Both the position numbers and the translations under genes were made by a program. Positions 19,940 to 30,491 of a DNA stretch of 64,000 nucleotides are shown here, one piece after another. The number at the start of each line of letters is the position of its first letter. Positions within the stretch are counted from its first letter, which is position 1. Below the pieces are notes generated by a model, which had not been told where the DNA came from, searched no databases, and saw only the letters and a list, made by a program, of their open reading frames with translations. Source of the stretch: Candidatus Binatia bacterium (GTDB lineage: Bacteria > Desulfobacterota > Binatia > HRBIN30); NCBI GenBank assembly GCA_038245295.1, contig JBBRSP010000018.1, positions 41,697 through 105,696 of the forward strand. The letters run 5' to 3'.

Positions 19940-20084
19940 GGGGTCCACCCTCTACTCCGCCCAGGTTTCGATGCAAGCGCACCGCAGTTCATGGACTGCA
20001 GGGCCGGAGCGAAGTTTGATCGCTCGTGGTAACAGCGTCGGCGGCTCGACCTTTGCTCAGGAGACGGGACAGGAGGGAACAGGG

Positions 20085-20378
20085 ATGGCAACCGCGCCGA
20101 AATCAAACTGTGCCGACGCACCGGGAAAATTGGTACCGCTGATTGATCGCAATCGTTGCGAGGCCAAGGGCGACTGCGTGCCGATCTGTCCGTACAACGT
20201 CTTCGAGATTCAGGACCTGTCGGCACCCGAGCGCGCCGAGCTGTCGTGGAAGGGCAGCATCAAGGCCTACTTCCATGGCTACCGCCAAGCGTATGCGGTG
20301 CGTGCCGATCAGTGTCACGCGTGCGGCTTGTGCGTCCAGGCGTGCCCGGAAAAAGCGATCAAGCTGCGAGCCGCCTGA
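20085..20378 (+). CDS. Dicluster ferredoxin
   Basis: CEAKGDCVPICP and CHACGLCVQACP; AGGAGG upstream of ATG 20085. Confidence 0.9.
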   Translation: MATAPKSNCADAPGKLVPLIDRNRCEAKGDCVPICPYNVFEIQDLSAPERAELSWKGSIKAYFHGYRQAYAVRADQCHACGLCVQACPEKAIKLRAA

Positions 20379-20478
20379 GACACGCGACGACACACACGAC
20401 ATTCGTCAAAACGCCGCAGCCGTTCCAATGGCTCAAGTACTGGCGGAGCGGCGTTCGCTTCGCTTTGTGAATGCGGCC

Positions 20479-21726
20479 ATGAAGCATCCACTGCCTGCGC
20501 CGCGAGGCTTTCGTCCGGTGCCACGCACCGGCGTGATTTACGTGATGACCGAAGCCGCCCGCCACGGCTACGAGGCCGGCAACCCGGCCTGGGCCAATCT
20601 CGGACAGGGCTCCCCCGAGACCGGCTCGCTGCCAGGGGCACCGGCGCGACGCGTATCCATCGAGCTCGCGCCGGAAGACTTCGAATACTCGCCGATCGAT
20701 GGCTTGCCCGAGCTGCGCGATCGCGTCGCGGCGCTCTACAACACCCGTTATCGCGTCGGCAAGAAGAGCCAGTACACGCGCCACAATGTCGCCATCAGCC
20801 CCGGCGGACGTGCCGGGCTGACACGCCTCGTGTCGACAATCGGCCGCACCAACGTCGGCCATTTCCTGCCGGACTACACCGCGTACGAGGAGCTCCTCGA
20901 ATCGTTCGGAACCTTCGTGCCGATTCCACTGATTCGCCACGCCGAGGCAGGCTACGCTTTTTCCTCCGAGGAGTTACGCAACGAAATTCTCGGCCGCGGC
21001 TTGTCGGCGGTCGTGTTGTCCAATCCCTCGAACCCGACGGGAGCTCTGGTCCACGGCGAAGAACTGCAGCGTTGGGTGGCGACGGCACGCGATCTCGACT
21101 GCACGTTGATCTTCGACGAGTTCTACAGCCATTACATCTATCTCGACACGCCGCAGACCGTCTCGGCGGCGGCATTCGTCGAGGATGTCGACAACGACCC
21201 GGTCGTCCTGATCGACGGGCTGACCAAGAACTGGCGTTATCCGGGCTTCCGCGTTTCCTGGACGATCGCGCCCAAGCCGATCATCGAGGCCATCACATCG
21301 GCGGGAAGTTTTCTCGAGGGCGGCTGTGCGCGTCCCATGCAGATCGCTGCCATCCCGCTCGTTGATCCGGAAGTTGCCGATCGCGAAGCACGCGCCATCC
21401 AAACTGTCTTCCGCGCCAAGCGCGAGCGCATGTTGGCGGGCCTGGCAGAACTCGGGATCAAAGTTCATCCGCCGAGCGGCGGCTTCTATTGTTGGGGCGA
21501 CCTGTCCGATCTACCAGCGCCCTTCAATTCAGGCATGGACCTGTTCCGCAGCGGCATCGAGCGCGGACTGATCACCGTCCCGGGAATTTTCTTCGACATC
21601 AACCCGGGGCAGCGGCGTCCGGATCGCGCCAGCCGCTTCGCCCATCATGCGCGCTTCTCCTTCGGCCCACCACAGGCGGAGCTCGATCGCGGCCTGGAGA
21701 TCTTGCGCGGCATGCTGAAGCGTTAG
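20479..21726 (+). CDS. PLP-dependent aminotransferase class I/II
   Basis: NLGQG, SNPSNPTG, DEFY, GLTKNWRYPGFR. Confidence 0.9.
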   Translation: MKHPLPAPRGFRPVPRTGVIYVMTEAARHGYEAGNPAWANLGQGSPETGSLPGAPARRVSIELAPEDFEYSPIDGLPELRDRVAALYNTRYRVGKKSQYTRHNVAISPGGRAGLTRLVSTIGRTNVGHFLPDYTAYEELLESFGTFVPIPLIRHAEAGYAFSSEELRNEILGRGLSAVVLSNPSNPTGALVHGEELQRWVATARDLDCTLIFDEFYSHYIYLDTPQTVSAAAFVEDVDNDPVVLIDGLTKNWRYPGFRVSWTIAPKPIIEAITSAGSFLEGGCARPMQIAAIPLVDPEVADREARAIQTVFRAKRERMLAGLAELGIKVHPPSGGFYCWGDLSDLPAPFNSGMDLFRSGIERGLITVPGIFFDINPGQRRPDRASRFAHHARFSFGPPQAELDRGLEILRGMLKR

Positions 21727-21789
21727 CCTGCACCATTTGCTCGACCGTCGGCATCACTCTAAGGGCACCGACGAGGGTCAAGGATTCAG

Positions 21790-22554
21790 ATGCTGAGTGT
21801 CTCCCAACTCATCCTGGTTGCCGTCGCGGCGGTGGCGGCCGGCCTGGTGAATGCGATCGCCGGTGGCGGCACGCTCATCACCTTTCCGGCGTTGCTCGCC
21901 ACCGGGATGCCGCCGATCGCCGCCAACATCACCAGCACGGTGGCCTTGTGCCCCGGCTTTCTCGGCGCCTTGCTGGCGCAGCGCGACGATCTGCGCGGTC
22001 AGAAATCACGCATCGTCAAGTTCGTGCCCGCGGCCATGTTGGGTGGCATCTGCGGCGGCATCCTGCTGCTGAACACCAGCGACAAAGTCTTTCGTGGCCT
22101 GGTGCCGTTCCTGCTACTGCTTGCCTGCCTGCTATTGGCGTCGCAGGATCGCGTGCGCACGTGGCTCAGCACACGCCGCCACCCAACACGCGGCACAGAG
22201 CACTGGGCAATCCTACCGATCGGCATCGGGGCCATCTATGGCGGTTACTTCGGCGCCGGACTGAGTGTCATCATCCTGGCCGTTCTCGGCCTGCTGCTGG
22301 ACGATTCGTTGACGCGTTTGAATGCGCTCAAGCAAGTCTTGTCGTTCAGCATCAACCTGGCAGCGGCGTTGTTTCTGCTGTCCTCCGGGCAAGTCGTGTG
22401 GCCCGCCGCCATCGTGATGATCGCTGGCGCGCTGGTTGGCGGCGCAATCGGTGGCCGGCTGGCTGGGCGCATCAAAGCGGCGGTCTTGCGGCGTCTCGTC
22501 ATCGGCATCGGTCTGATCATCGCCGGCATCTATTTGGTGCGCCTGTGGACCTAG
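21790..22554 (+). CDS. TauE/SafE family (sulfite exporter-like) membrane protein
   Basis: NAIAGGGTLITFPAL, YGGYFGAG, NALK; multiple TM helices. Confidence 0.9.
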   Translation: MLSVSQLILVAVAAVAAGLVNAIAGGGTLITFPALLATGMPPIAANITSTVALCPGFLGALLAQRDDLRGQKSRIVKFVPAAMLGGICGGILLLNTSDKVFRGLVPFLLLLACLLLASQDRVRTWLSTRRHPTRGTEHWAILPIGIGAIYGGYFGAGLSVIILAVLGLLLDDSLTRLNALKQVLSFSINLAAALFLLSSGQVVWPAAIVMIAGALVGGAIGGRLAGRIKAAVLRRLVIGIGLIIAGIYLVRLWT

Positions 22555-22586
22555 AGCGCCACGAAGATTGTTCATTGCCATCCGTC

Positions 22587-23918
22587 ATGCGCAGACTTAC
22601 GAAGCGCATGGTGCGACACATCTTGTCACTTATTCTCGCGGGGCGGTTGGCGCTTGGTGCGAGTGCTGCCGGGGCAGCGGCGTTTGTCGTCAACGAGACG
22701 AACGATCTCGCAGATGCCGTCGTTGGCGACGGTATCTGCGCCACCAACGCCGGGACCTGCTCGCTGCGCGCGGCGGTGAGCGAAGCCAACGCAACGGCCG
22801 ACGCCGATACCATCTCTCTGCCGGCAGCAACCGTGCGGCTGACAACCGGTGAGCTGACCGTAAGCCAGCCGGTGACGATCAGCGGCAGTGGCTCGACGGT
22901 CAGCCGTATACGCGGCAATCGTCAGTCGCGCTTGTTCCACGTTCTACCGAGCGCGACCCTGGCCCTCAGCGGGCTGCGTATCGATCACGGCAAAGCAACG
23001 GTCGGCGGAGCGATCGCCAACGAGGGTAACCTGCAAATCGACGATTGCCTCATCAAGGCCAACACCGCGATGCAGAGCGACGGCGGGCTCGGCGGGGCGA
23101 TCTACAACACCGGCAGTCTGGAGATCGGCAACTCGTTGTTCCAGACGAACCTGGCAATTGGCGGCGGCGCTGGTTTCGGCGGGGCCATCTACAACCTTGC
23201 CGCGGTATCCCTGAGCAATGTTTACTTCTTGCGCAATCGCGCCGCCGGATGCGGCGGTGGCTTTTACAACAAGAGTGGCGACGTGCAGATCGACGACAGC
23301 CGCTTCGAGCGCAACTCGGTATCCAACAGCGGCGGAGCCGTTTTCCTGGAAGGCGGGACGCTCAAGCTCGACCACAGCTCGCTGGCGCGCAATCGCGCCC
23401 GCCAGATCGGCGGCGGCCTATTCACCTATGCGGCGACTCACGTGTCCAACTCGACCATCGGGCGCAATCGGGCCGCGATGGGCGGTGGACTCTTCAGCCG
23501 CATCGCGGTTGAGGTCACCCTCGATTACGTCACCATTGCCGAGAACCGCGCCCCGAACGGCGGCGGCGTGTTGAACAACGGCGTGCTGGCGATGCGCAAC
23601 AGTGTGATCGCCGACAACCTGCCGTCGGATTGCGGTGGCGACCCACTGCTGTCGAACGGCCACAATCTAGGGAGCGACACCTCGTGCGGGCTCGCTGGTG
23701 TCGGCGACTTGAACAACGTCGACGCCGGCCTCAAGCGCACCATCAATGTGTCGACCCTGCGATTGTATTATGTGCCGGTTACCGGCAGTCCGTTGCTCGA
23801 TGCCGCCGACACAGCCGCGTGCCCAGCCGATGACGAGCGACATACGCTGCGGCCGATCGACGGCAACGGCGATATGGATCCGCGCTGCGACATCGGCTCG
23901 ATCGAAGTTGGCCCGTAG
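22587..23918 (+). CDS. Secreted CSLREA / choice-of-anchor Q beta-helix protein
   Basis: Signal peptide, CSLRAAVSEAN, repeated N.A...GGAIYN, C-terminal R..DGNGD...CDIGSIE. Confidence 0.85.
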   Translation: MRRLTKRMVRHILSLILAGRLALGASAAGAAAFVVNETNDLADAVVGDGICATNAGTCSLRAAVSEANATADADTISLPAATVRLTTGELTVSQPVTISGSGSTVSRIRGNRQSRLFHVLPSATLALSGLRIDHGKATVGGAIANEGNLQIDDCLIKANTAMQSDGGLGGAIYNTGSLEIGNSLFQTNLAIGGGAGFGGAIYNLAAVSLSNVYFLRNRAAGCGGGFYNKSGDVQIDDSRFERNSVSNSGGAVFLEGGTLKLDHSSLARNRARQIGGGLFTYAATHVSNSTIGRNRAAMGGGLFSRIAVEVTLDYVTIAENRAPNGGGVLNNGVLAMRNSVIADNLPSDCGGDPLLSNGHNLGSDTSCGLAGVGDLNNVDAGLKRTINVSTLRLYYVPVTGSPLLDAADTAACPADDERHTLRPIDGNGDMDPRCDIGSIEVGP

Positions 23919-23935
23919 GCGGTTCTGGAACCGCC
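23918..23935 (+). terminator. Short hairpin after CSLREA gene, possible terminator
   Basis: GGCGGTTC-TG-GAACCGCC, weak T tract. Confidence 0.35.
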
Positions 23936-24063
23936 CGTGTTTCAATCTCCTTCAGCATGAGCCACCACCACAACTTCGCGTTCGCTTGACAACACCTTCC
24001 GTCGCCACATAAGCGACGCCGAACTTTCGTTGAGAACGTTCGGGTGGGGAGGAGTGCTGCGAC

Positions 24064-25908
24064 ATGCTGTCCAATCAATACGTCCGGCGGCTGCTGTGGT
24101 CGGCGGTGCTCGCCACGACCTTCGCGTACCAGGCATGGGGCGTCAGTCTCGACGCGGAAGGCGACCTGCGTTTCGGGGCGCGCGCCTACATCAACGGTCG
24201 TATCGGCACCGAGCACTCGCATCTAAGCACGGCACGGCCAACGGTGGATGGTGGTGAGCTGTCGACTCTTGGGACGTTCCCCGCTTCCGACCCCGGCCAC
24301 ATCCGACAGAACCGATACTTCCTCGAGCTCGAGCTCGACCATAAACTCGACCGGCTCGTCAAAAGCGGAGTTGGGCCGCTCGGGCTGATCAACTCCCTAC
24401 CCTTTCGCGTTCGCAACCTGGCGTACCACGCGACCTTCCGCGGCGAGGCGGAGAGCATCTACGATTGGGGGCCGCGCGAGTACAGCACGGCGGAACAGTT
24501 CAAGCAGCAGCTGCAGGTCAAGCTGTCGCCGCCCCTGCCGCTACAGTTCCGCAACCTGGCGTTCCCAGACGTCGCGGCGGCACGCCAACACCTACGCGAC
24601 ACGTCGGTGCACCGCGAGCGATTGTTTCAGGCATACGGCGAAGGAAATTTCGGCAAGCTCTACGTGCGGTTCGGACGCCAGGTTCTGTCGTGGGGTGAGA
24701 CCGATGCATTCCAGTTGATGGACCACATCAACCCACTCGACAGCAGCTTCGGCGGCTTTCTGATTCCGCTCGACGAACGCCGCATCCCACTAGACATGCT
24801 ACGGGTCTCCCATCCGATTCCCGACATCGGTCCTTTGAACGACATGTTCATCGAGGGCTACGCGGCCATCGACAATGCCAACACACCGCTCATCCCCGCC
24901 GGCTCGCCGTGGGCGCTGCCGAGCTTCGGCGCCATGCCCGACATCGCGACGACGTACCACTACGGACCGGCGCGCAATTTCCATGATATTCGCGGCGGCG
25001 GTCGCCTGGTGTTCAACGTCAGCGACGTCACCTTCAGCGCGGCGCACTTTTACACCTACTTCGACACGCCCGGGGCACAACTGTACACGCGCACCAATCG
25101 CAGCAATCCATACCCGCTGCGCGCCTTCAACGACGGCCGCCCCTGCCCCGTCGACCTCAATGATCCGAGCCAGGGCAACAAACCGAGCTCGCCGGAGAAC
25201 AACGTCTGCGGCTCCCTGATCCACGTGCTGCTCGACGCGCCACGCGTGCAGGTCTCCGGCCTTACCAGCACGTTCGCCGTACCCTCCCTCTACGCTGTGG
25301 TGCGCTCCGAGTTCGCGTACTTCAAAGGTGAGGCGGCCTACTCACAGGAGCAGTTCGATCCGTTCATCTTCGGCGTAAAAGGGAAGAGTACCGGCGGCAC
25401 GCGCACGCGTGATTCGGTCAACTTCGTCACCGGCTTCGATTTCAATCCGTTCATACGTTTTTTAAACCCGAATCAAACGTTCTTCATCTCGACACAGTTC
25501 TTCTACAAGCACATCCAGAATGCCGCCGGCTCGCGCGTGCTCAACGCCGACGGCGCACCGAACGGCGACCGCGAGATCCTGCCGGTCGTCGGCGAGTTGC
25601 TGGGGTTCCCGACACCAAGCGGCACCAAGGTGCGCCCGCTGTATATCAGTCAGCCGGCTGACTCGATGCTCCACACGTTGGCGATCACGACCTCCTATTT
25701 CAGTAGTCGCGTGAACCCGCTGCTGGTCATGTTTTACGATTGGGGCGGCGCTTTCGTGTACCAGCCGGGCATCACCCTATCGCAGGACCCGTTCCGCTTT
25801 ACGGTCGACTACAGCATCATCGACTCGCATTCCTACAAGGGTGGCAGTGGCGTCAGCTTGCTCAAGGACCGCGACAACGTTCAGCTGCGCCTCGAATATG
25901 TCATCTGA
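24064..25908 (+). CDS. DUF1302-like outer-membrane beta-barrel protein (paralog 1)
   Basis: Signal peptide; RFGRQVLSWGETD.F.L.D.INP.D; C-terminal KDRDNVQLRLEYVI beta-signal. Confidence 0.75.
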   Translation: MLSNQYVRRLLWSAVLATTFAYQAWGVSLDAEGDLRFGARAYINGRIGTEHSHLSTARPTVDGGELSTLGTFPASDPGHIRQNRYFLELELDHKLDRLVKSGVGPLGLINSLPFRVRNLAYHATFRGEAESIYDWGPREYSTAEQFKQQLQVKLSPPLPLQFRNLAFPDVAAARQHLRDTSVHRERLFQAYGEGNFGKLYVRFGRQVLSWGETDAFQLMDHINPLDSSFGGFLIPLDERRIPLDMLRVSHPIPDIGPLNDMFIEGYAAIDNANTPLIPAGSPWALPSFGAMPDIATTYHYGPARNFHDIRGGGRLVFNVSDVTFSAAHFYTYFDTPGAQLYTRTNRSNPYPLRAFNDGRPCPVDLNDPSQGNKPSSPENNVCGSLIHVLLDAPRVQVSGLTSTFAVPSLYAVVRSEFAYFKGEAAYSQEQFDPFIFGVKGKSTGGTRTRDSVNFVTGFDFNPFIRFLNPNQTFFISTQFFYKHIQNAAGSRVLNADGAPNGDREILPVVGELLGFPTPSGTKVRPLYISQPADSMLHTLAITTSYFSSRVNPLLVMFYDWGGAFVYQPGITLSQDPFRFTVDYSIIDSHSYKGGSGVSLLKDRDNVQLRLEYVI

Positions 25909-25915
25909 TGCCGGC

Positions 25916-27235
25916 TCAGGGCGCGGGTACAGTACGTTTCTCGGCGATGTCGAGGCGCAGCGGCGCGTCGTGGCGGCGCACGAACTCTGCCTCGTCGGCC
26001 TGCGCCGGCAAGAGGTAGGCCGCGGCGCAGAGCTCATGTGAGCCAGCGGCGACCGGCTCCCAGCGATCAATCTCGAAGCCGACGGCCGGCAACGAGCCCG
26101 CAACCGGGTCGGGCGCTTCGCCACTGGTCTGTCGCTCGTCGTACGATAACCGGCGTCGGGCCACAACGAGCGACGGACTGACGTCGAAACGAAGCGCCAA
26201 TTCGCTCTCGGGGCCGCGCAGAATCACCCAATGATTATCGGAGTTGCCTAGCGACTGTTTGTCGGCCGACATCTCCCCCGTGATCCGGAGCGGTGCGGGC
26301 ACGCCTGGAGTCCAGATCTCCCAGCCACGCAGGTCGCGAAAGTCTAGAATCGCCTTGACGCGTACATCGCCAAAAAAGTAGGTCGGCGGGAAGTTGAGAC
26401 GGAAGCCAACCGGCATCTCGGCGTGGTCGCCGTAGAAATAGGTGTACGAAACAAAGGCCGGCGAGCGTACACCCCAGCCGAGGCGCACCCTTTGGCGCTG
26501 GGCGCGGATCAAGCGTAGTGGCCCGCGGCGCCAGCCGAGAAATTCCGTTTGCAGGTCGTCTTCCGTGCGCAAGAAACGTAGCAAACCGAATAGAGCGGTT
26601 GCCGAAGCCCGGATCTTGAGTCGGTCGAGAAGGTTTGGGCCATCGTTCAGGGTCAGAAACTGCGGAACCCCGTCGGTGAAGCCAAGCACGACGCCGGCCC
26701 CGCTGAGTCGATCGGCGTCGGGATCGTAGGACAGGGCCGCACTGGGAGCGGTCTGCACCGAGGCTGGCGCCACTTTGGCGAGATAGGCCCACCGGGTTTG
26801 CCCGATCGGGTCTATCAATCGGAGCTCCGCCACCACTTCGCCAGGCAGCGCCCCAGGAGGGTTGCGCGTCAGGCCGGCATCGACGGCGCGGAAAATGAGC
26901 TCATCGGTCGAGTCGAAGCGACCGGGGTCGTCGTCGGTTCCCGTTTGCGGCCCCGTATCAAGGACCCAGTGGAGGAACTGGTCACGTTCATCGATTTGCG
27001 AAGCGATGACATGGCAGCCGCCGTCGTCGCACGCAAAGGCGGCAATCTGATCGATCGGTACTCCAACCAAAAACGGCACCTGCGCACCGGTGAGCCTGGC
27101 GATCTCGAAGGAGCCGAATTCAGAGTCGGTGGAAGCGCCCGACGCGGGACCGCCGTGGACGCCCTGCATGGTGAGGAAAACCGCAAGAAACAAACACTTG
27201 CGGAGCCTTTGCAGTGCCGAAGAATTGCTTGACAT
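25916..27235 (-). CDS. Hypothetical exported protein
   Basis: ~440-aa ORF with signal-like segment LRKCLFLAVFLTM; SQIDERD, DELIF...DAG, LLDRLKIR motifs; start uncertain. Confidence 0.7.
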   Translation of the reverse strand: MSSNSSALQRLRKCLFLAVFLTMQGVHGGPASGASTDSEFGSFEIARLTGAQVPFLVGVPIDQIAAFACDDGGCHVIASQIDERDQFLHWVLDTGPQTGTDDDPGRFDSTDELIFRAVDAGLTRNPPGALPGEVVAELRLIDPIGQTRWAYLAKVAPASVQTAPSAALSYDPDADRLSGAGVVLGFTDGVPQFLTLNDGPNLLDRLKIRASATALFGLLRFLRTEDDLQTEFLGWRRGPLRLIRAQRQRVRLGWGVRSPAFVSYTYFYGDHAEMPVGFRLNFPPTYFFGDVRVKAILDFRDLRGWEIWTPGVPAPLRITGEMSADKQSLGNSDNHWVILRGPESELALRFDVSPSLVVARRRLSYDERQTSGEAPDPVAGSLPAVGFEIDRWEPVAAGSHELCAAAYLLPAQADEAEFVRRHDAPLRLDIAEKRTVPAP

Positions 27236-27258
27236 GAGAAGCGATACTGACGTACTCA
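27228..27258 (+). promoter_or_regulatory. Putative sigma70-type promoter for DUF1302 paralog 2
   Basis: CTTGACA-N18-TACTCA upstream of GGAGG RBS and ATG 27322. Confidence 0.45.
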
Positions 27259-27321
27259 ACCGCCGCTAGACATACACTGGAATTCGTACCGAAAGTAGCA
27301 AAGAGGGAGAGGAGGGCCCCG

Positions 27322-29370
27322 ATGTTGCGATTTGGGTTTAGGGTTTGGGGAGTGGCGTGCTCGATTGCCACGGCCACGGCGGTCTGGAGTTCGACAGCGC
27401 ATGCCATATCGCTCGACAAGGACGGGGATATCAAGTTCGGACTGCGCTCGTACGTCAACGCCCGTATTGGCGTCGAGCAGACGCACGACAGCGTCGTCAT
27501 CAATCAGCCGATAACCGGCACTCCGATCTTGTCGACGATCGGAACCTTCCCGCGTTCCGATGCCGGCCACTTGCGGCAGAACCGGCTGTTCCTGGAAGCC
27601 GAATTCGATCACAATCTGACTCGCCTCATCAAACAGGGCGTGGGGCCTCTGGCATTGATCGGGAGCCTACCGTTCAAGGTCAAAAATCTGAAGTATCACC
27701 TGACGTTCCGTGGCGAGGGCGACGGCTTATATGACTGGGGTCCGCGCGAGTACAGCACGGCGCAGGAGTTCAAGAGTCTGTACGCCAACGACCCGCCGAA
27801 TGGCGCGGTCGGTGAATTCAAAGACGGCAGGGTGGTCGGCGCCCAGGCGCATGAAGACGTGGCCGGCTCGCGCAAACATTTGCGCCAACTCGCCACCGAC
27901 CGCGAGCGCCTGTTCCAGGCTTATGTCGAGACGGAAGTCGGCGACCTCACCTTGCGCGTCGGACGTCAGATCCTCTCCTGGGGCGAAACGGACGGTTTCC
28001 GTTTGATGGACCAGATCAACCCGATCGACAGCTCCTTCGGCGGCTTTCTGATCTCCCTCGACGAGCGGCGTCTGCCACTCGACATGGCGTTGGCCACCTA
28101 CTACCTTGGCGACTTCGGGCCGGTCACCGATTCGTTCCTGCAGGGTTACGTCGCCGTAGACAGCCGCATCGGTTACTCGCCCGGCACGCCGGCGGGTTCG
28201 CCATGGGCCCTGCCGAGTCTCGGCTCGCCCTCCAACGACACACGCTCTATCCAGTACACGCCGTCGCGCACGTTCAGCGAAGCGCGCGGCGGTGCGATCT
28301 TGAAGTTCAACATGTTCGACGCCACCTTCGGCCTGGCGCACTACTACACCTATCTCGACACGCCGCGCCTTGCGGTACGCACGGAGGGGTATGGTCGCGC
28401 GCCGACGCTGACCACCGATCAGAGCAAGCGTGGCACCCTGCTTTACGCACATGATGACGGCCTCCCGTGTCCGACCAGACCCTTCGACAGCACAGCGCCG
28501 GAGGATCCGACCAACCTGCATTGCGGCGCCCCGGCCCACGCCATCCAGGACGCACCGCGCGTCCAAATTACCGGCGCCTCGGCGACGTTTGCCGTCCCGT
28601 CGCTTTACAGCGTGATCCGCACCGAAGGTGCGTTCTTCCACGGTGAGCCGGCATTCCGATCCGGGCAGATCGATCCATTCTTCTTCAACATGTATCCGAA
28701 GTTCTACCCGAGAACGGTGAAGTCCAACATCGACCTGTGGTCGCAGTACCGCTCGCAGATCAACGCCGGTCAAGTACCGCAGACCGGCGGCGGCAAGACC
28801 CGCGACTCGCTCAACTTTGTCGTCGGTCTGGATCGCAACCAATGGATTCGCTTCCTCAACCCGAACCAGACCTTCTTCATCTCGACGCAGTTTTTCTACA
28901 AACACCTGCAAGGCGCCGACAAGGGACCGGAAGTCATCCATCTCCGCAACCAGGACAGTGCCGCCTGTCGCGCCAATCCGGACTCGACGGATCCGACGTG
29001 TACCATCACGTTTGCAAATCCGAACCGCGAAGTCTTGCCGGTGACGCGTGACCAGCTCGACTTCTTCCTGCGCGGCTCCAACGTCGGCCGCCTCGAGCCG
29101 ATTTTCATCACCCAGCCCGCCGATCAGTTCTTGCAGACGTTCTTCATCACGACGTCGTACCGCAGCGGCACGATCAATCCGGGCTTCACGTTCTTCTACG
29201 ATTGGGGCGGCGCGTTCGTGTACCAGCCCACCGTCACGTTCATTCAGGATCCCTTCCGCTTCACGATGGACTACTCCATCCTCGACTCGCATTCGCTCAA
29301 GGGCGGCAGCGGTGTGAGCTTGCTAAAGGATCGTGACAACGTGCAGTTCCGCATCGAGTACGTGATCTGA
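27322..29370 (+). CDS. DUF1302-like outer-membrane beta-barrel protein (paralog 2)
   Basis: Collinear with 24064..25908; RVGRQILSWGETD; ends KDRDNVQFRIEYVI. Confidence 0.75.
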   Translation: MLRFGFRVWGVACSIATATAVWSSTAHAISLDKDGDIKFGLRSYVNARIGVEQTHDSVVINQPITGTPILSTIGTFPRSDAGHLRQNRLFLEAEFDHNLTRLIKQGVGPLALIGSLPFKVKNLKYHLTFRGEGDGLYDWGPREYSTAQEFKSLYANDPPNGAVGEFKDGRVVGAQAHEDVAGSRKHLRQLATDRERLFQAYVETEVGDLTLRVGRQILSWGETDGFRLMDQINPIDSSFGGFLISLDERRLPLDMALATYYLGDFGPVTDSFLQGYVAVDSRIGYSPGTPAGSPWALPSLGSPSNDTRSIQYTPSRTFSEARGGAILKFNMFDATFGLAHYYTYLDTPRLAVRTEGYGRAPTLTTDQSKRGTLLYAHDDGLPCPTRPFDSTAPEDPTNLHCGAPAHAIQDAPRVQITGASATFAVPSLYSVIRTEGAFFHGEPAFRSGQIDPFFFNMYPKFYPRTVKSNIDLWSQYRSQINAGQVPQTGGGKTRDSLNFVVGLDRNQWIRFLNPNQTFFISTQFFYKHLQGADKGPEVIHLRNQDSAACRANPDSTDPTCTITFANPNREVLPVTRDQLDFFLRGSNVGRLEPIFITQPADQFLQTFFITTSYRSGTINPGFTFFYDWGGAFVYQPTVTFIQDPFRFTMDYSILDSHSLKGGSGVSLLKDRDNVQFRIEYVI

Positions 29371-29474
29371 GTCTTGTTCCTGCCCTACTCATCGGGGCGT
29401 CCGATGCCACGCCGGCACTTGTTACCGGCGTGGCATCGTGCTGAAGCTGTTGCTTTGAGAAAGGATCCTTCCCC

Positions 29475-30491
29475 GTGAACAGACGAATCGCTTCCTGTCT
29501 AGCCGCGGTCATCGCGGTGGTGGTGTGCGCCCGCGAATCGCGGGCCGGGGTGGTCCGGGTGGATGAATTGCGACAGAGCCTTTTTGCCGTTTGCTTCGTC
29601 GACAACAACGAAGGCTGGACGGTCGGCGACCTGGGACGAATCTTCCACACGACCGACGCAGGCAAGACCTGGGATACCCAGTCTGCCGGCACCAAAACCC
29701 CCTTCGCCAGTATCGCCTGCCCGGACAAATCGCACGTGTGGATCGTTGGCCAGAATGGAACGATCTCCTTCAGCGGCGATCAGGGCAAGACATGGACGGC
29801 GCAAACGAGCACGACGAAGCGCCAACTGCTCGACGTCAGCTTCTTCGATACGCAGCGCGGCATCGCAGTCGGAGACTCCGGCACGATCCTACGTACGGAA
29901 GATGGCGGCGCCCACTGGAACGAGATCCCGATGCCCGCCGGTGCGAAGCTGCCCGAGGAGATGGATGGTGTCGTCGATCCCAAGGACCTGGTGCTGTACA
30001 GCGTCGCCCTGGCGACGAATAACCGCGTCTGGATCTGCGGTGAGTTCGGCGTCATCCTGACCTCGAGCGACGGCGGTGCGACCTTCCAACAGCAGACCAG
30101 TCCGGTGCAGAGCACCCTCTTCGGGATGCACTTCTCGGATGAGAATCGCGGCTTCGCCGCCGGCATCGAATCGGTCCTGCTTGCAACGACCGATGGCGGC
30201 GTCACCTGGAAACAGATCAAGGTCGACACACCCAAGGGATTCAACCTGCCGCTGTTCTACGTCGAAGTGAACGGCAAGATTGGATGGGCGGTTGGCAACA
30301 GCGGCTTTTTGCTCAGCACGGTCGACGCCGGCGACACATGGAAGCTCGCCGAAATTCCGGTGCAAATGGCCAGCAGTTGGTTCCGCGGCGTCACGTTGCT
30401 GCCGGATGGACGCGGATTCATCGTTGGCTCCCGCGGGCTTGTCTTGGCAACCGATGGAGATAAGTTCACGGCTCTCAAGAAGAACTTCTGA
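29475..30491 (+). CDS. YCF48-related / BNR-repeat beta-propeller protein
   Basis: Repeated G..VG..G.I..T.DGG.TW units; signal peptide. Confidence 0.9.
   Translation: MNRRIASCLAAVIAVVVCARESRAGVVRVDELRQSLFAVCFVDNNEGWTVGDLGRIFHTTDAGKTWDTQSAGTKTPFASIACPDKSHVWIVGQNGTISFSGDQGKTWTAQTSTTKRQLLDVSFFDTQRGIAVGDSGTILRTEDGGAHWNEIPMPAGAKLPEEMDGVVDPKDLVLYSVALATNNRVWICGEFGVILTSSDGGATFQQQTSPVQSTLFGMHFSDENRGFAAGIESVLLATTDGGVTWKQIKVDTPKGFNLPLFYVEVNGKIGWAVGNSGFLLSTVDAGDTWKLAEIPVQMASSWFRGVTLLPDGRGFIVGSRGLVLATDGDKFTALKKNF

Noticed and set aside
21489..22586. N-terminal 366 aa of the 809-aa ORF
   Set aside because: Overlaps the aminotransferase and TauE genes out of frame; the real protein starts near 22587
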